DNA from: the human T2T-CHM13v2.0 reference genome, Homo sapiens
Reading direction: 5' to 3' (one strand)
Length of the DNA stretch: 64,000 bases
Assembly (NCBI RefSeq): GCF_009914755.1
Contig: NC_060926.1
A program made the position numbers and the translations under genes. Positions 58,517-64,000 of this stretch are shown here, in pieces. The stretch's first letter is position 1. The number at the start of each line of letters is the position of its first letter. The notes beneath the pieces were generated by a model, which searched no databases, had not been told where the DNA came from, and saw only the letters and a list, made by a program, of their open reading frames with translations.

Positions 58517-59316
58517 TGCCAGCAGTTTTAATTTGCATCCACATTTAAAGATGTTAAATCTAAATGTAAAAGAATGTGAGTCAATAAAACACTACATATC
58601 TTAGAGTAATAAGACAAACAGAAGTAGTAAACATTTCTTTATTTTGGATGTGACAGGCAAAAATAGAATGCAACTATGAAAAAATATAAATAAAATTCAG
58701 GTATGACTGAAAATTACAAATTTCAAACATTATTCAAAGTGCTTTTAGTTCCAAGAAAGGGGATATGACTTTCTAATTGTTGTATTCTTCTTTTGGAATA
58801 GGATCCTTTGCATAGCTGAAAATATCTAAACATATAATGTTTCATGTTCTACCTAAGGTAGACTTTGTGCCAGACAGACAGTAGTCCTGGGCTCCACATA
58901 ATCTTAAAAATTCTTGCAAATTTGACCTGTGATGTGCCTAAATCTAAAGAGTATACTTCCTAATGTGTTTCATTATTTCCTTTAAGAGGCATGGTTTCTC
59001 TACCTGGTGATTTGAATTTCTTCTGCAATACTGCTAATTCAAGCTTTCCTAACAAACTGCCAAAATCAACACAGATTATACTATTTTCCAAAATAAATGC
59101 AGTGAGAAGCTTTTCATGATGATCTCTATCCCATACATAGAAACTACTATCACTATCCACTGAGATCATTTCAGCATTTTAGAAATCAAGAGACATACTA
59201 GGTTATTCCAGTCCTCTTCCCTAAAGGAAAATAAAGGGCCAAGAAGCAGAAAATAGAGTTGATATTATATAGCTTGAGGCGAGAATTCTTGATTTTGAAT
59301 CCTAACCCCACTGTTA

Positions 59317-59613
<297 letters not shown>

Positions 59614-60243
59614 ACCACACTGTTTATCAATCTGATCACAACTAAGTTGACTTATTCATTCAAAGATTTATTAAATAACTACTATGACAGACACTAACAA
59701 AACAAATTATAGCCATTAAGGACCACATTTTCTGGGAGGAAGAGAGGGAAGAAAAATAAACTAAGTATAACAAAAAGACTCTAACAGAAAAAGAGAATGA
59801 AGCACAATGCAGGAGGTAGTCACCACATCATCTTCATATTAATGTTTAATTTTACATCATAGAAGTGAAGTTACCAGGCATTTAATTTCCAACACTTGCT
59901 CTATTTGACCTTGATCTACAACATTTCTTTCCCTTTAGTCTAATCATGCAAAGAAGGGCCTTAAGGTAATTTGGAGTGACTGTTTTCAACTCCTCAAAAA
60001 AATGTAAGAAATAAAAGTCACATCAGTAAGTTGCTCTTTTAGAGAATTAAAAACAGACATAAAATCCCAACTTGGTTAAACTTCTTTTTGTTGGCACATT
60101 TTAATAAAAGTCCACTATTCCCTTTATTCTTAAGGATCTATTACTGAACTGTCTTAAGGACTATGCTAACACAAAAATAATCAAGAAACATATATCGCAT
60201 ACTAAAACTTTCAAATCCAGATTTAGAGAAAATTACAACATAC

Positions 60244-60389
60244 CAAAATATGGAGAGATCTGATGTTTCCACCAACATTTCCACCAAGGAATCTACCATT
60301 TTTGTATGAAAAATTATTGTATTCATCATCTTTCCAAGTTCTCTGTGATCTGCAAGGCCAAGTGAAGCCTTTGAGACACTAGTATATGC
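60244..60389 (-). CDS. NCKAP1: NCKAP1 coding exon 1 of 16 in window ([10 protein letters not shown]...ETSDLSIF)
   Basis: tatag acceptor, TG|gtatg donor; 146 nt; translation matches NCKAP1 as I recognise it; phase fits next exon. Confidence 0.97.
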
Positions 60390-61418
60390 CTATAAAGTAC
60401 AAAAAAAAAAAAGTAGTTCAGGTAAACATAAATGACTTCGGACTTGTCATTTTACAGGGGGAAAAGCATCACTGAAAGATACTTAAACTATCTACTGTGA
60501 CACTGACAGTAACATCTACTGTGTTAGTTGTCTGTAGTGACCCTACCTTGAAATTCCTATCAAGAATTTATTTAGTAAACTGAAATACTAATGTCCATAA
60601 AACAGTGTCTAATATATGAGTCATTCACACTGAACCTCAAAGGAACTGAAGTTAAAATATCAAAAGTGTAAAACAATTAATTGTCATATTAACCATACCA
60701 AAAGAAATCTTCGACCTAATTTAAGAGACAAAACACATACAGGAAGCAATCAGATAAAACTAAGTACTGCACATGTTGATTCAATGAGGTTTTAGAGTAT
60801 ACTGATTCACTAAAAACTGGATCATATAATACACTGTATTAATTTGACAAATTCTAGAAAAGTACTGAAGATAGTAAAAATTGGTGTAGTTTGGCCAAAA
60901 AAGTGATAGAACTAAACGAAAATCATTAAGATAGGTTGTGGGGAAAAAAATTCTACAACTGGGATACCAAATCACAAAAAGCAGATCATGTCCATGGATA
61001 GGGCACATTTCAGAAGGGCAGAGAATAAGAATAGAAGGGATGCCTACAGAATAAGTACTGTTTGTTACGGCTAGAGTTTGAGTGCAAAGAAGAGAAGGGA
61101 AATAGTAAAACATGAGATTCAACCAGATGGTGAACAGCCTGTATACCACGTTAAAGAATTTAAACTTTTTAGTGAAGCACTAAGGGTTCTATGTGGTGGC
61201 CAGTTTTTGTTTTAGAAAGATTACTCTGTATAGTGAGGAAAATAGGGAAGCATGACTGGGAAGGGAAAGGAAGCAGAAATCTATTAGAAGGCAGTAGTGG
61301 CAATAAGACGGCATTACAATGGTCTGGTTTTGAGTAATGGTAGTTTAAAAGAGTTTACTCTGGGAAATAATTAGATATAGTGGGAAACAGAATTATAGAT
61401 GATGGTCAGGATTTTGGC

Positions 61419-61890
61419 TGTTGGGAGATACTCCTGCATGGGTCTCATGCTCCCACACACCTTGCTGGGTATGTCAAGAAGGCAAAGCCTGAGCCACTCA
61501 TTCTCTAGGCCATTTCTTAGGGTTATATTTGCAGCTATCAAATTTGAGGGATGAGGTAATGTCTCCCTTGGAACAAAGAGCAAGTATGCTTACAGCTGAT
61601 GATAAAATAGAGGGTTCCTCAAATTTAGTGTTCCTTATCTGCAACACAAACAGACTGCATGCACAGAATTCATTTTGGCTCCTCTGTACCACACCTGCAG
61701 AGCTTAGGGAAATAGCAGAAATAATGCATATATGCTGATGCCTATGCTGCTTTCTGTGCAGTGAATGAAGTCTTTTGTCTTTTGTCACTGACCCAGGAGC
61801 TCCATATCTTCTTGCCAGCATCCATGAAATAGTAAGAGAGTAAATTATCACCTTGTAAGTAGGATAAAAATTAAACCTCAAACCCTACCA
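61419..61890 (+). mobile_element. LTR40-like ERVL solo LTR within L2
   Basis: Begins tgttgggagatactcctgcatgggtctc and ends ...ca; ctgacccaggag motif. Confidence 0.65.
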
Positions 61891-62169
61891 TGGCAAGGGA
61901 CCAATAGGTGGATGATGTTACTATTCAATGAGACAGTGACACCACAAAGGAGACTTTTGTATTTTGTTGTTTTTGTCTACCAGAAAAGAAGAAGGAATGA
62001 GGTAGAATGATGTCAATATTCTGATGACAAAATATACTTGACATTTATCACAAACTAAGCCTAAGGAGTTTTACTTACCATTTATCAGCTTTAGAGTATA
62101 AACAGGAATTAGCTATAGCTGTGGCCATGAATTCAATAAAGAGTTCCATTAACTGTCCCACATTTTTAA

Positions 62170-64000
62170 AAAGCAGAATTTATTCTTCTCATCAGAACAT
62201 GGGATAGTCTCCAGGAGAGACCATATGTTAGGCCACAAAACAAAGTTCAACAAATTCAAAAAATTGAAATCATATCAAGTATCTTCTCTGACCACAGTGC
62301 AATAAAACTAGAAATCAACAAGAGGAACTTCAGAAACTAACACATGGAAATTAAACAATATGCTCCTGAACAATGTAGAAATTAAGGAAATAAAAAATTT
62401 ATTGAAACACATTAAAAATAGAAACACGATATACCAAAACCTATGAAATACAGCAAAAACAGTAGTTAAGAGGAAAGTTTATAGCAATAAACACTCATAT
62501 TAATAAAGTAGAAAGACCAAATAACCTAATAATGTACCTTTAACTTCGGAAACTAACATATGGAAATTAAACAATATGCTCCTGAACAATGTAGAAATTA
62601 AGGAAATAAAACATTTATTGAAAGAAATAAAAACAGAAACACGATATACCAAAACCTATGGGATACAGCAAAAGCAGTAGTAAGAGGAAAGTTTATAGCA
62701 ATAAACACCTATATTAATAAAGTAGAAAGACCAAATAACCTAATAATGTACCTTAAAGAACTAGAAAAGCAAGAATAAACCAAATCCAAAGTTAGCAGAA
62801 GGAGATAAGTAATAAAGATCGGAGCAGAAATAAAGAAAATTCAGACTAAAAAGAATACAAAAGATCAACAAAATAAAAAGTTAGTTCTTTGGAAAAATAA
62901 AATTGACAAATCTTTAGCTAAATTAAGAAAAAAAGAAAGAAGACCCCAAAAAAATCAGAAATAGAAAAGGAGACATTACAACTGATACCAAAAACTTCCA
63001 AGGATTAGAGATTATGAGCAACTATATGTCAAAGAACTGGAAAACCGACATGAAATGGATACATTCCTAGACACATACATCCTACCAAGAAGAAACAGAA
63101 AACCTGAAAGGACCAGTAATAAGTAATGAGATAGAAGCAGTAATAAAAAGTCTCCCATGAGAGAAAAGCCTGGGACCTGATGGTTTCACTGCTGAATTCC
63201 AGCAAATATTTAAAGAACTAATACCAATTCTACTCAAACTGTTCCAAATAATTGAGGAGGAAGGAATACTTTCAAATACTTATTCTATGAGGCCAGCATT
63301 ACCCTGATACCAAAACCAGACAAAGACACAAAACTACACGAAAAGAAACTACAGGCCATCATCACTTACGAACATAGATGCAAAAATGCTGAACAAAATA
63401 CTAGCACACAGAATTCAACAACACACTGAACAGATCATGATCCAGTTAGATAAATACAAGATGGTTCAACATATGCACATAAGGACAAAACTGTATAATT
63501 TTAATAGATGCTGAAAATGCATTCAATAAAATTCAACATCTCTTCATAATAAAAACTCTTAACAAACTAGGTAGGGAAGAAAACATAGCTCTTAAAAAAC
63601 TAGGTATGGAAAAAAACATACCTCTTAACAAACTAGGTATGGAAGAAAACAATAAAGGCCATAGATGATGAACCCGCAGCTAGCAATACACTGAATTGGG
63701 GAAAACTGAAAGCATTTCCTGAGATTTGGAACAATACAAGGATGCCCGCTTTCAACACTTTTATTCAACACAGGACTGGAAGTCCTGGCCAAAGCAATTA
63801 GACAAAAGACATAAATAAAAGGCATGCAAACTTGAAAAGAAGTCATCAAATTGTCCTTATCTGAAGAAAATATGATATTATATTTACAAAAACCTAAAGA
63901 CTCTATTAAAACTGATCAACCAATTCAGTTTCATGACATAAACTCAACATACAAAAATCAGAGGCATTTCCATGTGTCAACAGCAAACACACTGAAAAAG
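62170..64000 (+). mobile_element. Degraded L1 ORF2 (L1M/PB age), runs off the window
   Basis: ctgaccacagtgcaataaaactagaaatcaa; cctgatggtttcactgctgaattc; acaaggatgccc...ttattcaac motifs. Confidence 0.92.

Overview
Human (primate) genomic DNA containing the 3' half of NCKAP1 (Nap1/Hem2, WAVE regulatory complex) on the minus strand. Sixteen coding exons (60389 down to the TAA at 18730) splice with canonical GT-AG sites into one 634-aa frame ending ...[14 protein letters not shown]. Introns carry the usual Alu, L1, L2, MIR, MER and LTR load. The unexplained signal is downstream of NCKAP1 (about 1-15 kb), where non-repeat DNA holds a chain of decayed, splice-site-bounded, mostly phase-compatible pseudo-exons. 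These lie on the minus strand below about 9.1 kb and on the plus strand above about 9.25 kb. The reconstructed minus-strand peptide resembles the TTC3 N-terminal region as I recall it. The plus-strand end weakly resembles the TTC3/DZIP3/RBM44 helical motif. A ~105-bp inverted duplicate of an exon end and an LTR scrap flank the strand switch. I interpret this as a candidate unitary pseudogene broken by an inversion; it is read by eye and needs homology searches. Repeat boundaries and subfamily calls are approximate.
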